From Oscillospiraceae bacterium (lineage in GTDB: Bacteria; Bacillota; Clostridia; Oscillospirales; CAG-272): a stretch of 64,000 bases of DNA. The stretch covers positions 13,043 to 77,042 of the forward strand of contig SVRZ01000006.1 of the NCBI GenBank assembly GCA_015064555.1, given 5' to 3'. Below, piece by piece: positions 10,250 through 20,122 of this stretch (positions within the stretch are counted from its first letter, which is position 1; each line of letters begins with the position of its first letter). The position numbers and the translations under genes were made by a program. The notes under the pieces are model-generated. The model saw nothing but the letters and a program-made list of their open reading frames with translations. It did not search any database and was not told the DNA's origin.

Positions 10250-12367
10250 ATGAAAAGAAGACAGGCCCTTCCGGAGCTTCTGGCGCCGGCGGGGAATATG
10301 GAATGTCTTATCGCCGCGATTCTCGGCGGCGCCGATGCGGTATATGTCGGCGGTGTGCGCTTCGGAGCGCGCGCCTTTGCAAAGAACTTTGAATTGTGTG
10401 AGCTCGGGGATGCTGTCAGGCTTTGCCACCTTTGGGGTGTAAGGCTCTACGTTACCCTTAACACGCTTATATTTGATAAAGAGATAGATGATGCTCTGTC
10501 ATATGCGAAAGATCTGCACGCTATAGGGGTAGACGCGGTTATAGTTACCGATCCTGGGCTTATTTCGCTTATAAGAAAAGAGGTCCCCGGGCTTGAATTG
10601 CACGCATCGACACAGATGGGAGTACATAACCGTGAGGGTGCCGATTTTGCTTACAGCCTTGGGTGCAAGCGCGTGGTGCTTGCAAGAGAGTGCTCCGACA
10701 AGGATATAGCCGCGATCACAGCCTCCGCCCATCCCGAGTGTGAGGTGTTCGTTCACGGCGCGCTCTGTGTCTGCCATTCGGGGCAGTGCCTGTTCTCATC
10801 TATGGTAGGCGGCAGGAGCGGAAACCGCGGCGAATGCGCACAACCCTGCAGACTTCCTTATAACGGAAAGCATCCGCTCTCGCTTAAGGATCTGTCGCTT
10901 TCGAAGCATATAAACGAGCTTATAGACTCGGGCGTGTCCTCGCTTAAGATAGAAGGAAGAATGAAGTCCCCCTCATACGTGTACGAGGTAACCTCAATAT
11001 ACAGGAGGCTTCTCGATGAGCGCCGCAATTCGGATAAGGGCGAGGAAAGGCGACTTTTGGAGGTCTTCTCCCGCGGTGGATTTACCGACGGATATTTCAC
11101 ACGGCATATCTCCTCTCCAATGACGGGGATGCGTAGCGAGGAGGATAAAAGGATATCGCGCGAGCTTGAGGAGTCTTATTCTTTGCCCAAGGTAAGAATT
11201 TCCGCCAAGGCGTCATTTCTTATAGGAGAGCCTGCCCGTCTTTCGCTGAGTATGAATGCCACCTCTCGCTGGGATAGCCGAACAGGTGAACCTGTGTCCT
11301 TGAATGTAGCTGTTACCGTAGAGGGTGCCGTGCCTTCGGAGGCGATAAATTCGCCTCTTGACAGATCAACTCTTGCGGCAAGGCTCTCCAAGATGGGAAA
11401 TACGCCGTTTGAGCTTCCCGCCGAAGCTATTGATATAGAGCTTGACGAGGGTATAAATCTTCCTCCCTCTGCGATAAACGCGCTTCGCCGCAATGCTTCG
11501 GATGCGCTTCTTGAGTCCTTCTCGCGCCCTGTGTCTGTAATATGCGACACAGATGACCGGGATTTGCCGAAAAAAGAGCCTCCGGATATTACACGGGCGT
11601 CGGCATCCGTCGATCCTGTCGGTGTAAGTGCTATATTCTTCAAGCCCGAGGTCGCACAGGCTTTGCTTCTTAAACACCCCGATGCGTGTCGGGAATTAGA
11701 CAGGATCTTTGTTCCGTTGTTTTCGTATTCAGCTTTGCCGAAGCAGACTCGGGAAAGCATCGGGGGAGTATACCTGCCTCCTGTGATAGCCGAGTCCGAG
11801 TGGGACGAGGTGCGCCGCGAGCTTGATGCTGCGATCGCATCCGGTGCGAGGTATGCTCTGATAGGAAATATCTCACACATAGCTCTTGCTGAATCTGCAG
11901 GGATCATGCCTGTCGGTGATTTTCGTCTTAATATTGCAAATAAATACACGGCAAGCCTCTACCGAGCACTCGGAGTGACGGACATTATTCTTTCCCCCGA
12001 GCTCACGCTGCCTCAGGTGCGTGATATAGGCGGCAGAGTTATAACGCTCGGCAGAATACCGCTGATGCTCACCGAGAGATGCTTTGTGCGTGAGAATTTC
12101 GGATGTGATGCCTGCGGCAAGGCGGTCTTCCGTGACAGGCGCGGTGCCGAATTCCCGATCTTACGCGAATACGATCATCGCAACATCATATTCAATTCCG
12201 CGGTGACCTATATGGGTGACAGAGGCGAGGAGCTTCGTGCAATGCGCGTATGTGCGGTGCATTACGTGTTCTCAACCGAAACCGAGGACGAGTGTGTAAG
12301 GCTTATCAATTCATATAAAAACGGCAGGCAGCTTGCCGTACCTCACAGAAGAATAGGAAAGAGATAA
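10250..12367 (+). CDS. U32 peptidase family protein with C-terminal extension (RlhA-like RNA hydroxylation family)
   Basis: ELLAPAG, HGALC..HSGQC, SGNRG.CAQPCR and SLKIEGRMK motifs; RBS AGGAGG before the ATG at 10250. Confidence 0.88.
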   Translation: MKRRQALPELLAPAGNMECLIAAILGGADAVYVGGVRFGARAFAKNFELCELGDAVRLCHLWGVRLYVTLNTLIFDKEIDDALSYAKDLHAIGVDAVIVTDPGLISLIRKEVPGLELHASTQMGVHNREGADFAYSLGCKRVVLARECSDKDIAAITASAHPECEVFVHGALCVCHSGQCLFSSMVGGRSGNRGECAQPCRLPYNGKHPLSLKDLSLSKHINELIDSGVSSLKIEGRMKSPSYVYEVTSIYRRLLDERRNSDKGEERRLLEVFSRGGFTDGYFTRHISSPMTGMRSEEDKRISRELEESYSLPKVRISAKASFLIGEPARLSLSMNATSRWDSRTGEPVSLNVAVTVEGAVPSEAINSPLDRSTLAARLSKMGNTPFELPAEAIDIELDEGINLPPSAINALRRNASDALLESFSRPVSVICDTDDRDLPKKEPPDITRASASVDPVGVSAIFFKPEVAQALLLKHPDACRELDRIFVPLFSYSALPKQTRESIGGVYLPPVIAESEWDEVRRELDAAIASGARYALIGNISHIALAESAGIMPVGDFRLNIANKYTASLYRALGVTDIILSPELTLPQVRDIGGRVITLGRIPLMLTERCFVRENFGCDACGKAVFRDRRGAEFPILREYDHRNIIFNSAVTYMGDRGEELRAMRVCAVHYVFSTETEDECVRLINSYKNGRQLAVPHRRIGKR

Positions 12368-12376
12368 GGTGTTTTT

Positions 12377-13054
12377 ATGGAAAGAAAAGAATTTGTAAAG
12401 ACTATAAAATATGCTATCTTTGATATGGACGGAACGCTTGCCGATTCTCTCGGCTTCTGGGAGGCGTTCTGGCCCGAGCTCGGAAAGCAGTATATGAATA
12501 ACCCGTCCTTCCGTGCTGATGCGGAGGTAGACCGTGCGGTAAGGACTGTAACTATGAATGCCTCGGCGGTGATGATACAAAAGGCTTATCTCAATGACGT
12601 GAGCCCCGAGGAGATCTATTCATTCTGCAATAAAATGATAGATTACTATTACAACAATAAGGTGGATATGAAGACAGGCGTGCCCGAATTTCTCGAATAT
12701 ATGAGATCGCGCGGAGTCAAAATGTGTATCGCAAGCGCGACCGAGCCGCGATTCCTTCACGCTCTTCTGAAAAAATGCGCACTTGCCGAATATTTTGAGG
12801 ACGTCGTGTCCTGCACCGACGTCGGAGCGGGCAAGGAAAAGCCCGATGTGTTTCTTGAGGCGCTTCGCAGACTCGGTGGAAATATCGAGGATGCGTGCGT
12901 GTTTGAGGACTCCTTTGTAGCTCTTGAAACGGCGAAGAAGGCAGGCTTCAAAACCGTTGGAATCTACGATAAAAACAATTACGGCCAGGATAGATTGAAG
13001 GCGGCGGCAGACGTATATATGGGTGAGGGCGACGTCTACTACGATCTCTTCTGA
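12377..13054 (+). CDS. HAD family phosphatase (subfamily IA)
   Basis: FDMDGTL, K.KPD and FEDS motifs. Confidence 0.9.
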   Translation: MERKEFVKTIKYAIFDMDGTLADSLGFWEAFWPELGKQYMNNPSFRADAEVDRAVRTVTMNASAVMIQKAYLNDVSPEEIYSFCNKMIDYYYNNKVDMKTGVPEFLEYMRSRGVKMCIASATEPRFLHALLKKCALAEYFEDVVSCTDVGAGKEKPDVFLEALRRLGGNIEDACVFEDSFVALETAKKAGFKTVGIYDKNNYGQDRLKAAADVYMGEGDVYYDLF

Positions 13055-13122
13055 TCGGAATATCCATTAACGAACTAAAGGATCCCGGCATCGGCCAAAA
13101 CCGAAATCGGATATCTCTGCAT

Positions 13123-13179
13123 ACAACCGAACAGCACCGACCTTGAATTTTCGGAAGGCGATGCCGTTCGGTTGTTTTA
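13123..13179 (+). terminator. Probable intrinsic terminator
   Basis: ACAACCGAAC...GTTCGGTTGT followed by TTTAT. Confidence 0.6.
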
Positions 13180-13208
13180 TTGTGTGCATGAAAAAGTTTT
13201 AAAAGCTA

Positions 13209-13267
13209 TTGACAAAAAGCAAAAAATAAGATACAATTACAATTGTAAAATCAATTTACATTTGTAA
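13209..13267 (+). promoter_or_regulatory. Sigma-A promoter with tandem palindromic operators
   Basis: TTGACA(13209)-17-TACAAT(13232); TTACAATTGTAA (13237-13248) and TTACATTTGTAA (13256-13267). Confidence 0.75.
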
Positions 13268-13277
13268 GGAGATTTTT

Positions 13278-14210
13278 ATGGACAGAAATCTGAAAAGTAA
13301 AATAGCATTTATGTACTATACCTGCGATATGACGCAGGAGGAGATCGCCTCAAGGCTATCGCTGACGAGGCAGAAGGTGAATTCTGTGATAGGCTCGCTT
13401 CGGGCTGACGGTATAGTTTCGATCAGTATTTGCGACAGCGCGGGTGACAGTACGGGCAGAGAGGTGGAGCTGGAGAAGCGCTTCGGGCTTAAAAGGGTTG
13501 TGATATCGCCGTCATACGGCGAGCCGCGCCTGGATTTTCTGAAGCTGGCAAGCACTGCCGCCGAATATATCGAGGGTGAGATATCGAACGGAGATATCGT
13601 AGGCGTTTCCTGGGGTAGGACGCTTAGCGCCGCGGTCTCCGAGATGCGCTTTTTAAATAAGAAGGACTGCTGTGTCGTTCAGCTTCTCGGAGCGCAGAGT
13701 ATGGACGGCTTCGGAGCAAAATCGGACGATATAGTCCGCTCGCTTGCAGAGAAGCTGAATTGCGGAAGCTATCTCTTATATGCACCTATGGTCGTTTCCA
13801 CGGGAGAGCTCAAAGATCTGCTCGTGAAGGAAAAGCCGATACAGAGATCGCTTGATATTATGCGCAGCTGCAATATTGCGCTCTTCGGAATAGGCGAGAT
13901 AAACGAGGATGCCGCCATGCACCGTATGGGATATCTTTCGGATGAGGATATCGCGCGTCTTGGGCGCGAGGGCTTTGTCGCGGATATCGCGCTCAATCCG
14001 ATAAGGTCGGACGGAGGGGCAGACGGGTGCTTCCTTACAGAGCGGCTCTTGAATGCCGACATAGAGTGCATAAGAAGCATTGAAAACACGGTCGGAATCG
14101 CCGCAGGAGCGGCAAAGGCAGAGGCGGTGCTTGCCGTTCTGCGCTCGCGCCTTCTCAGGACGCTGATAATAGACAGCGCGCTCGCAGATGAAATCATTTC
14201 AAGAATATAA
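13278..14210 (+). CDS. SorC/DeoR-family sugar-binding transcriptional regulator
   Basis: N-terminal YY...MTQ.EIA..L HTH; GVSWGRTL; C-terminal sugar-binding domain. Confidence 0.9.
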   Translation: MDRNLKSKIAFMYYTCDMTQEEIASRLSLTRQKVNSVIGSLRADGIVSISICDSAGDSTGREVELEKRFGLKRVVISPSYGEPRLDFLKLASTAAEYIEGEISNGDIVGVSWGRTLSAAVSEMRFLNKKDCCVVQLLGAQSMDGFGAKSDDIVRSLAEKLNCGSYLLYAPMVVSTGELKDLLVKEKPIQRSLDIMRSCNIALFGIGEINEDAAMHRMGYLSDEDIARLGREGFVADIALNPIRSDGGADGCFLTERLLNADIECIRSIENTVGIAAGAAKAEAVLAVLRSRLLRTLIIDSALADEIISRI

Positions 14211-14229
14211 AAAGGAAGGGTAATAAATT

Positions 14230-15264
14230 ATGAAGATCTTTTTCACAGCAGAATACGATCCGCGTGAGCTTGAGCCTCTTTATGAGCTGGGCGAGGTCGT
14301 TATCGACGGATGGGCAAAGGGACTCCCGAATCTTACCGAGGAGGAGCTTCTTCTGCGCTCGCGTGATGCCGATATCATCATCACTACCTTTGACGAGATA
14401 ACCAGAGCGGTCATCGAAAATGCAAAAAACCTGAAGCTTATCGCCTGCACCCGTGCGACTCCTGTAAATATCGACGTCAAGGCGGCGAAGGAGAGGGGAA
14501 TTCCGGTGCTCTTTACGCCCGGCAGAAATTCGGATGCCACAGCAGAGCTTACTATCGGTCTTATGCTCTCGATAGCAAGGAAGATACCTATGGCTCATGC
14601 CGCACTGAAGGCGGGAATGTATACCGCCGCTCCCGATAACGAAAAGCAGACTAAGGAAGGACTCAGGAAGGACGTATTCTGGGGTGTCGGAGAGGATGCT
14701 CCGTATTCGGTATTCAAGGGCTGCGAGCTGAAGGGCAAGACTCTCGGCATAATCGGCTACGGCAGTATCGGAAAGCGCGTCGGCAGAATAGCAAGAGCCT
14801 TCGGTATGGAGCTTCTTATTTTCGATCCCTATATAGGTGAGATAGATATCGAGGAGATAGGTGTCAGAAAGGCATTGACACTTCGCCAGGCCATGTCGGA
14901 ATCGGATTTCGTTACCTGTCACCTGAAGGTCACGCCCGAAACCGAGGGCTGCATAAGCAGAGAAATGCTTTCTCTTATGAAGCCTACCGCATACTTCATC
15001 AATGCGTCGAGAAGTGCGGTGGTCGATGAGGCGGCTCTTATAGATGCCCTCCGTGAGAGAAGGATAGCGGGAGCGGCTCTGGACGTTTATGAAAAGGAGC
15101 CCATTCCCTCGAATCATCCTTATCTTACCGAGCTTGATAACGTTGTTGTTACACCTCACATAGCGGGCGCAAGCCGCGAGGTGCTTACCAATCACACTAA
15201 AATGATAGTCGGAGAGGTAAGAAGATTTGTGAACGGCGAGCATCTTCTCTACAGATACTGCTGA
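14230..15264 (+). CDS. D-isomer-specific 2-hydroxyacid dehydrogenase (YoaD-like)
   Basis: TPGRN, GIIGYGSIG, INASR, ALDVYEKEP and TPHIAG motifs. Confidence 0.9.
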   Translation: MKIFFTAEYDPRELEPLYELGEVVIDGWAKGLPNLTEEELLLRSRDADIIITTFDEITRAVIENAKNLKLIACTRATPVNIDVKAAKERGIPVLFTPGRNSDATAELTIGLMLSIARKIPMAHAALKAGMYTAAPDNEKQTKEGLRKDVFWGVGEDAPYSVFKGCELKGKTLGIIGYGSIGKRVGRIARAFGMELLIFDPYIGEIDIEEIGVRKALTLRQAMSESDFVTCHLKVTPETEGCISREMLSLMKPTAYFINASRSAVVDEAALIDALRERRIAGAALDVYEKEPIPSNHPYLTELDNVVVTPHIAGASREVLTNHTKMIVGEVRRFVNGEHLLYRYC

Positions 15265-15297
15265 TAGGATCAAAATAATAAACTAAGGAGAAAGAAT

Positions 15298-15954
15298 ATG
15301 GATATCGAAAAGGCTAAAGAGGTGCAGGCAGAGGTCTGCAAAACCGCAAAGGCTATGGCAGATGCCGGACTTACCGCAGGAACGTGGGGAAATATATCCG
15401 GCAGAATAGACGACACGTATATGGCGATAACCCCCTCGGGAATGGATTATTCAAGGCTCGTTCCGGACCAGATGGTTATAGTAAATATGCACACGGGTGA
15501 GTACGAAGGCGATCTGAAGCCCTCTATTGAGGTACCGATCCATTCGAAAATACTGCTCAATAAGCCGAGCATCAACGGCATAGTTCACGTTCATTCCTCA
15601 AAGGCACTCGCGGTAGCGACTACCAGGAAAGGCATTCCTCCCATCTGCGACGATCAGGTGCAGATACTCGGCGGCGATATAAGATGCGCGGCATACACAT
15701 ATCCCGGCACTCCCGAGATGGCAGAGAGCGTACTTGAGGCTCTTGATGAAAGAAACGGAGCCCTGATCGCAAACCACGGCTCTATAGCAATAGGAAGAAC
15801 GCTTAAGGAGGCGCTCGTCGGCGTTACCGTTCTTGAGAAAACGGCGCAGATATACATCGACGTTCAGGCTCTCGGCGGCGCGGTCGAGATATCACGTGAG
15901 GACTGCGAATACTATCACGATTTCTTTATGAATAAGTATGGTCAGAAGAAGTAA
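15298..15954 (+). CDS. Class II aldolase/adducin family protein (FucA-like)
   Basis: GTWGNIS, ITPSG, PSIE..IH, HVHS and NHG motifs. Confidence 0.9.
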   Translation: MDIEKAKEVQAEVCKTAKAMADAGLTAGTWGNISGRIDDTYMAITPSGMDYSRLVPDQMVIVNMHTGEYEGDLKPSIEVPIHSKILLNKPSINGIVHVHSSKALAVATTRKGIPPICDDQVQILGGDIRCAAYTYPGTPEMAESVLEALDERNGALIANHGSIAIGRTLKEALVGVTVLEKTAQIYIDVQALGGAVEISREDCEYYHDFFMNKYGQKK

Positions 15955-15990
15955 AACGGTAAAAACGTCGAGTATGACAACATAAGTTTG

Positions 15991-16043
15991 CAAATAAAAG
16001 AGGTTGACTCAAATTTTTTATTTGAGTCAACCTCTTTTATTTG
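15991..16043. terminator. Bidirectional terminator
   Basis: Perfect 24-bp inverted repeat between convergent genes. Confidence 0.85.
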
Positions 16044-16080
16044 GGATTTTTGGTCTCGCCGAATGTGACAGCCTCTTTGA

Positions 16081-16992
16081 TTAGAGCACTCCTCTGAGAA
16101 AATCGAGCGCGTTTTCGCCGGCTATCCGCTCAACTACGGATGTGGGGTAACGGGACAGAAGCATATCGAGGATCCGGTCGTGTATTGACGAATCGGTGGT
16201 TATTCCGCGCGGATATACACCTCCCGTACCGTCTATATCAAGCCCAAGACTCAGAACGTTGTCACCGAATTTTTCAAGGCAGTAGTCCACGTGCGGAAGG
16301 ATGGCATCCGCCTTTACATCCTCAGGGCTCTCCGATAAGAATTCGGGATAAAGGTTGAGACCTATCACTCCACCGCGCATGGCTATCTCCTTTGCCATAT
16401 CGTAGGTGAGATTTCTTTTATGAGGGCAAACGTCGCGGAAGTTGGAATGAGTTGCGATAAGAGGCAGAGGATAAGCATCGCAAAGATGCCAGAAGCTTCG
16501 GTCGGAAAGATGCGAAACATCCAGTGTGATGCCGAGCTCGGCGCATCTTTTTGCCATTCTTCTGCCCTCGTGTGTAAGCCCCTCGTCCGCCTCGTCACGC
16601 GAGGAGGATGCCAGCTCGTTTGAATCCCAGCACAGACTCATTATGCGCAGCCCCATTTTATGAAGTGTAAAAAGCTCCTCGGAGTCGGCAAGCAGTCCTC
16701 CGCCGCCCTCCACCGAGAGCATAGCCGCATTGGAAAGATTATCGGTTGCCGAATAGAGCTTGCGCACGTCGTCTATGTGCGAGAGCCCAAGGCGGTCCAC
16801 CTCGTAAAGATATACGTTCACGTATTTCATAAGCTCCCTGCGCCGAGCCTCGGGTGATCTGCCGCGGAATGGTATATATGCGGCAAACACCTGAAGAAAT
16901 GGATTCGCATAGGGAACGTTATATTCGGTAATCAGTCCTCGCTCGCTGTTAGTCAGCGAAAGGCTGTCGTTATGAAGATCGACTATATACAT
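16081..16992 (-). CDS. Membrane dipeptidase (peptidase M19) family
   Basis: DLHND, SVEGG, DVSHL, ATHSN and G.DIDG motifs. Confidence 0.88.
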   Translation of the reverse strand: MYIVDLHNDSLSLTNSERGLITEYNVPYANPFLQVFAAYIPFRGRSPEARRRELMKYVNVYLYEVDRLGLSHIDDVRKLYSATDNLSNAAMLSVEGGGGLLADSEELFTLHKMGLRIMSLCWDSNELASSSRDEADEGLTHEGRRMAKRCAELGITLDVSHLSDRSFWHLCDAYPLPLIATHSNFRDVCPHKRNLTYDMAKEIAMRGGVIGLNLYPEFLSESPEDVKADAILPHVDYCLEKFGDNVLSLGLDIDGTGGVYPRGITTDSSIHDRILDMLLSRYPTSVVERIAGENALDFLRGVL

Positions 16993-17024
16993 ATCGGTAC
17001 CGTTCCTTAATTCAAGTATAATTT

Positions 17025-17111
17025 ATTTTACCCGAAGATAAAGGTCTTGTCAACAGGATTATATGAATTTATAGCTTATCTCTTGACAAAACGGGCGTAA
17101 TTTAGTAAAAT
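17025..17111. promoter_or_regulatory. Divergent sigma-A promoters
   Basis: TTGACA(17083)-17-TAAAAT on +; TTGACA(17053)-17-TAAAAT on -. Confidence 0.65.
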
Positions 17112-17145
17112 AATTCTATAAAATTTACATCCCGAGGGAGATATA

Positions 17146-17637
17146 ATGATGGATAAGATTGACAGGAAAATACTTAAGCTTCTCGCAGAGAACGCACGCA
17201 TGGAGAATGCGGATATAGCCGCTATCACCGATATTTCCGAAAAGGAGGTCTGCCGGAGAATTGCCGCGCTTGAAAAAGAGGGCATAATATGTGCCTACAA
17301 GAGCGTTATAGATTGGGAGAAGGTGGATTCGGACAGTGTAAGCGCTATAATAGAGCTGAAGGTCACTCCCAAGGCGGGCTATGGCTTTGAGGAGGTTGCG
17401 GCAAGAGTCGCAAGCTATCCCGAGGTAGAGTCGGTATATCTTATGTCGGGAGCATATGATCTGAACGTGGTGGTGAAGGGAAGGACCTTCCATGAGGTGT
17501 CAAACTTCGTTTCAAGAGAGCTTGCCATGATAGAGTCGGTGACCTCTACGGGAACTCAGTTCGTTATGCGCAGATATAAGGAGTATAACGTCGAGCTGCT
17601 CGGTGAGGAGGACGGAAGGAGTAAGATATCCCTATGA
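17146..17637 (+). CDS. Lrp/AsnC family transcriptional regulator (YugG-like)
   Basis: D.IDRKIL..L..NAR HTH; YLMSG.YD RAM domain; coupled to an aminotransferase gene. Confidence 0.92.
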   Translation: MMDKIDRKILKLLAENARMENADIAAITDISEKEVCRRIAALEKEGIICAYKSVIDWEKVDSDSVSAIIELKVTPKAGYGFEEVAARVASYPEVESVYLMSGAYDLNVVVKGRTFHEVSNFVSRELAMIESVTSTGTQFVMRRYKEYNVELLGEEDGRSKISL

Positions 17638-18824
17638 TAGATTATTCCAAGGTGCTTACCGCTGCCGTTAAGGATATTAAGCCCTCGGGAATCCGGAAAT
17701 TCTTCGATATTGCAAACACAATGGAGGACGTCATTTCGCTCGGAGTAGGAGAACCCGATTTCAGGACACCCTGGCAGGTGCGCTCTGCGGGCATACATTC
17801 GCTCGAGATAGGCGCAACCAGATACACCTCAAACAGAGGTCTTGAGGAGCTGCGAGCTGAAATATCCCGCTACGTGCAGAGAAAATACGGAGTTGAATAC
17901 GATCCTCTGAAGGAGATACTTGTAACCGTCGGTGGCAGTGAAGCTATAGATATGGCTATAAGAGCCATAACCGAGCCGGGCGACGAGGTTATAATACCTC
18001 AGCCGAGCTACGTATGCTATGAGCCTATAGTAAGGCTTGCGGGCGGTGTCCCCGTGATAATTGATACCAAGGCAGAAAACGATTTCAAGCTTACCCGCGC
18101 CGAGCTTGCGGCGGCTATGAGCCCAAAAACAAAGGCGCTGATACTTCCGTACCCCTGCAATCCCACGGGCGCGATAATGGAGTATGACGATATACTCGCT
18201 CTTTCCGAGGAGCTTTCGGATACCAACGTTATAGTTATATCCGACGAGATATACGCAGAGCTCACCTTCGGCGGAAGGCGGCACGTCAGCGTTCCCTCCG
18301 TTCCCGGGATGAAGGAGCGCACACTCCTTATAAATGGATTTTCCAAGACCTTCGCCATGACAGGCTGGCGCCTCGGTTATGCCTGCGGCCCGTCGGAGCT
18401 TATGGCGATGATAACCAAGATACATCAGTATGCGATAATGTGTGCGCCTACAACCGCGCAGTATGCGGCAGTAGAGGCGCTCAGAAGCTGTGACGGCGAG
18501 GTCGCAAAGATGCTGGAGGAATACGATATAAGGCGTAAGATAATAGTATCCGGCTTTAACCGTCTTGGGCTTACCTGCCGTGAGCCTAAGGGTGCGTTCT
18601 ATGCCTTCCCATCGATAAAGAGCACAGGTCTTTCCAGCGAGGAGTTCTGCACAAGACTCCTCGAGTCCAAGCACGTTGCCGCCGTTCCCGGTACGGCATT
18701 CGGAGATAGCGGAGAGGGCTTCATCAGGACCTCGTATTGCTATTCAACCGCCCATATCAAGGAGGCACTCCGCCGCATTGGAGAGTTCCTTCGGGAGCTT
18801 CGTGAGGAAGCAGAAAGCAACTGA
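17634..18824 (+). CDS. Aminotransferase class I/II (YugH/AlaT-like)
   Basis: SGIRKFFD, GVGEPDF, NPTG, SDEIY and GFSKTFAMTGWRLGY (PLP lysine) motifs. Confidence 0.92.
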   Translation: MIDYSKVLTAAVKDIKPSGIRKFFDIANTMEDVISLGVGEPDFRTPWQVRSAGIHSLEIGATRYTSNRGLEELRAEISRYVQRKYGVEYDPLKEILVTVGGSEAIDMAIRAITEPGDEVIIPQPSYVCYEPIVRLAGGVPVIIDTKAENDFKLTRAELAAAMSPKTKALILPYPCNPTGAIMEYDDILALSEELSDTNVIVISDEIYAELTFGGRRHVSVPSVPGMKERTLLINGFSKTFAMTGWRLGYACGPSELMAMITKIHQYAIMCAPTTAQYAAVEALRSCDGEVAKMLEEYDIRRKIIVSGFNRLGLTCREPKGAFYAFPSIKSTGLSSEEFCTRLLESKHVAAVPGTAFGDSGEGFIRTSYCYSTAHIKEALRRIGEFLRELREEAESN

Positions 18825-18867
18825 CGGTCACTGCGATCATCAGCTTGACGGTCACGGTCATTATAAA

Positions 18868-18915
18868 ATAAAAGCGGTGTTGATTCGCTGAAGCGCGAAT
18901 TGACACCGCTTTTGT
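18868..18915. terminator. Bidirectional terminator
   Basis: AAAAGCGGTGTTGATTCGC...GCGAATTGACACCGCTTTT between convergent genes. Confidence 0.8.
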
Positions 18916-18931
18916 AAATAATTATAGTCAA

Positions 18932-20107
18932 TCAAATCGAATTTAACGTATCCATAACATAATTTCCGAATTGCTCGCAGGTGGAGCCGGTATCTCTTCC
19001 CGTGATAGTGAGCTTCTTCTCCTCAAAGGAACAGATATCAAGAGCGCGCTCGAGCCTTTTGGATTCCTTGGCATAGCCTATATGGTCAAGGAGCATAACG
19101 CAGGCGCGGAGCATAGAGGATGGATCGGCATATATCGCTCTGCCCTCTCTTACCATGCGGGGCGCTGAGCCGTGGATCGCCTCGAACATAGCATATTTCT
19201 TTCCTATATTCGCGCAGCCCGCAGTTCCGACACCGCCCTGAAATTCCGCAGCCTCGTCGGATATGATATCTCCGTAGAGGTTGGGAAGCAGAAGCACCTG
19301 GAAATCGCGGCGGCGCTTCTTATCGACAAGCTTTGCCGTCATAATATCGGCATACCACTCATCGGTGGTTATCTCGGGGTAAAGATCGGCTACCTTGTGG
19401 CAGTCCTCAAGGAAGTTGCCGTCGGTGGTCTTTATGACGTTTGCCTTAGTGACAAGCGATACACGGGTCATACCGTTACGCCTCGCGTAGTCGTATGCCA
19501 GGCGGGCTATTCTGTCCGAGCCCTGCTTGGTTGTTATGGTGAAATCGACAGCCAGGTCCTCGGTGACGTTGAAGCCCGACGAGCCTACTGCATAGCCGCC
19601 CTCGGTGTTTTCTCTGAATATTACCCAGTTTATTCTCTCGTCGGGAACCTTAACCGGTCGTATGTTTGCAAAGAGGTCGAGTGCCTTTCTCATAGCAACG
19701 TTTGCCGATTCGATATTCGGCATACCGTCGCCCTTCTGGGGAGTGGTGGTAGGACCTTTAAGTATAACGTCACAGGAAAGAAGCATCTCCATAACGTCAT
19801 CGGGAATTGCCTTGTTGCAGGCTATTCTGTTTTCTATAGTAAGTCCGTCTATGTTTATAAACTTAACACGTCCACGTGCTTCCTCGTCCTTAAGAATGAA
19901 TTTCAGCACTCTCGCCGCTTCCTTTGTTATAGTGGGGCCGATACCGTCACCGCCGCAGATGCCTATCTTTATAGTATCGAGCGCGGCATAGTCGGTGAAA
20001 TCTCCCTGCGCCTTCATGTTCTCAACGCGGACAAGCTGCTTTTCAAGTATAGCTCTGAACTTTTCGCAGGCGAGCTCAAGATTTTCGTTGTAGCTGTTAT
20101 TTTTCAT
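18932..20107 (-). CDS. icd: Isocitrate/isopropylmalate dehydrogenase family, probably isocitrate dehydrogenase
   Basis: GDGIGP, LKGPTTTP, RENTEG, NLYGDIISD and FEAIHGSAP motifs; follows aconitase. Confidence 0.8.
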   Translation of the reverse strand: MKNNSYNENLELACEKFRAILEKQLVRVENMKAQGDFTDYAALDTIKIGICGGDGIGPTITKEAARVLKFILKDEEARGRVKFINIDGLTIENRIACNKAIPDDVMEMLLSCDVILKGPTTTPQKGDGMPNIESANVAMRKALDLFANIRPVKVPDERINWVIFRENTEGGYAVGSSGFNVTEDLAVDFTITTKQGSDRIARLAYDYARRNGMTRVSLVTKANVIKTTDGNFLEDCHKVADLYPEITTDEWYADIMTAKLVDKKRRRDFQVLLLPNLYGDIISDEAAEFQGGVGTAGCANIGKKYAMFEAIHGSAPRMVREGRAIYADPSSMLRACVMLLDHIGYAKESKRLERALDICSFEEKKLTITGRDTGSTCEQFGNYVMDTLNSI

Positions 20108-20122
20108 GATTTTCTTTTTCCT

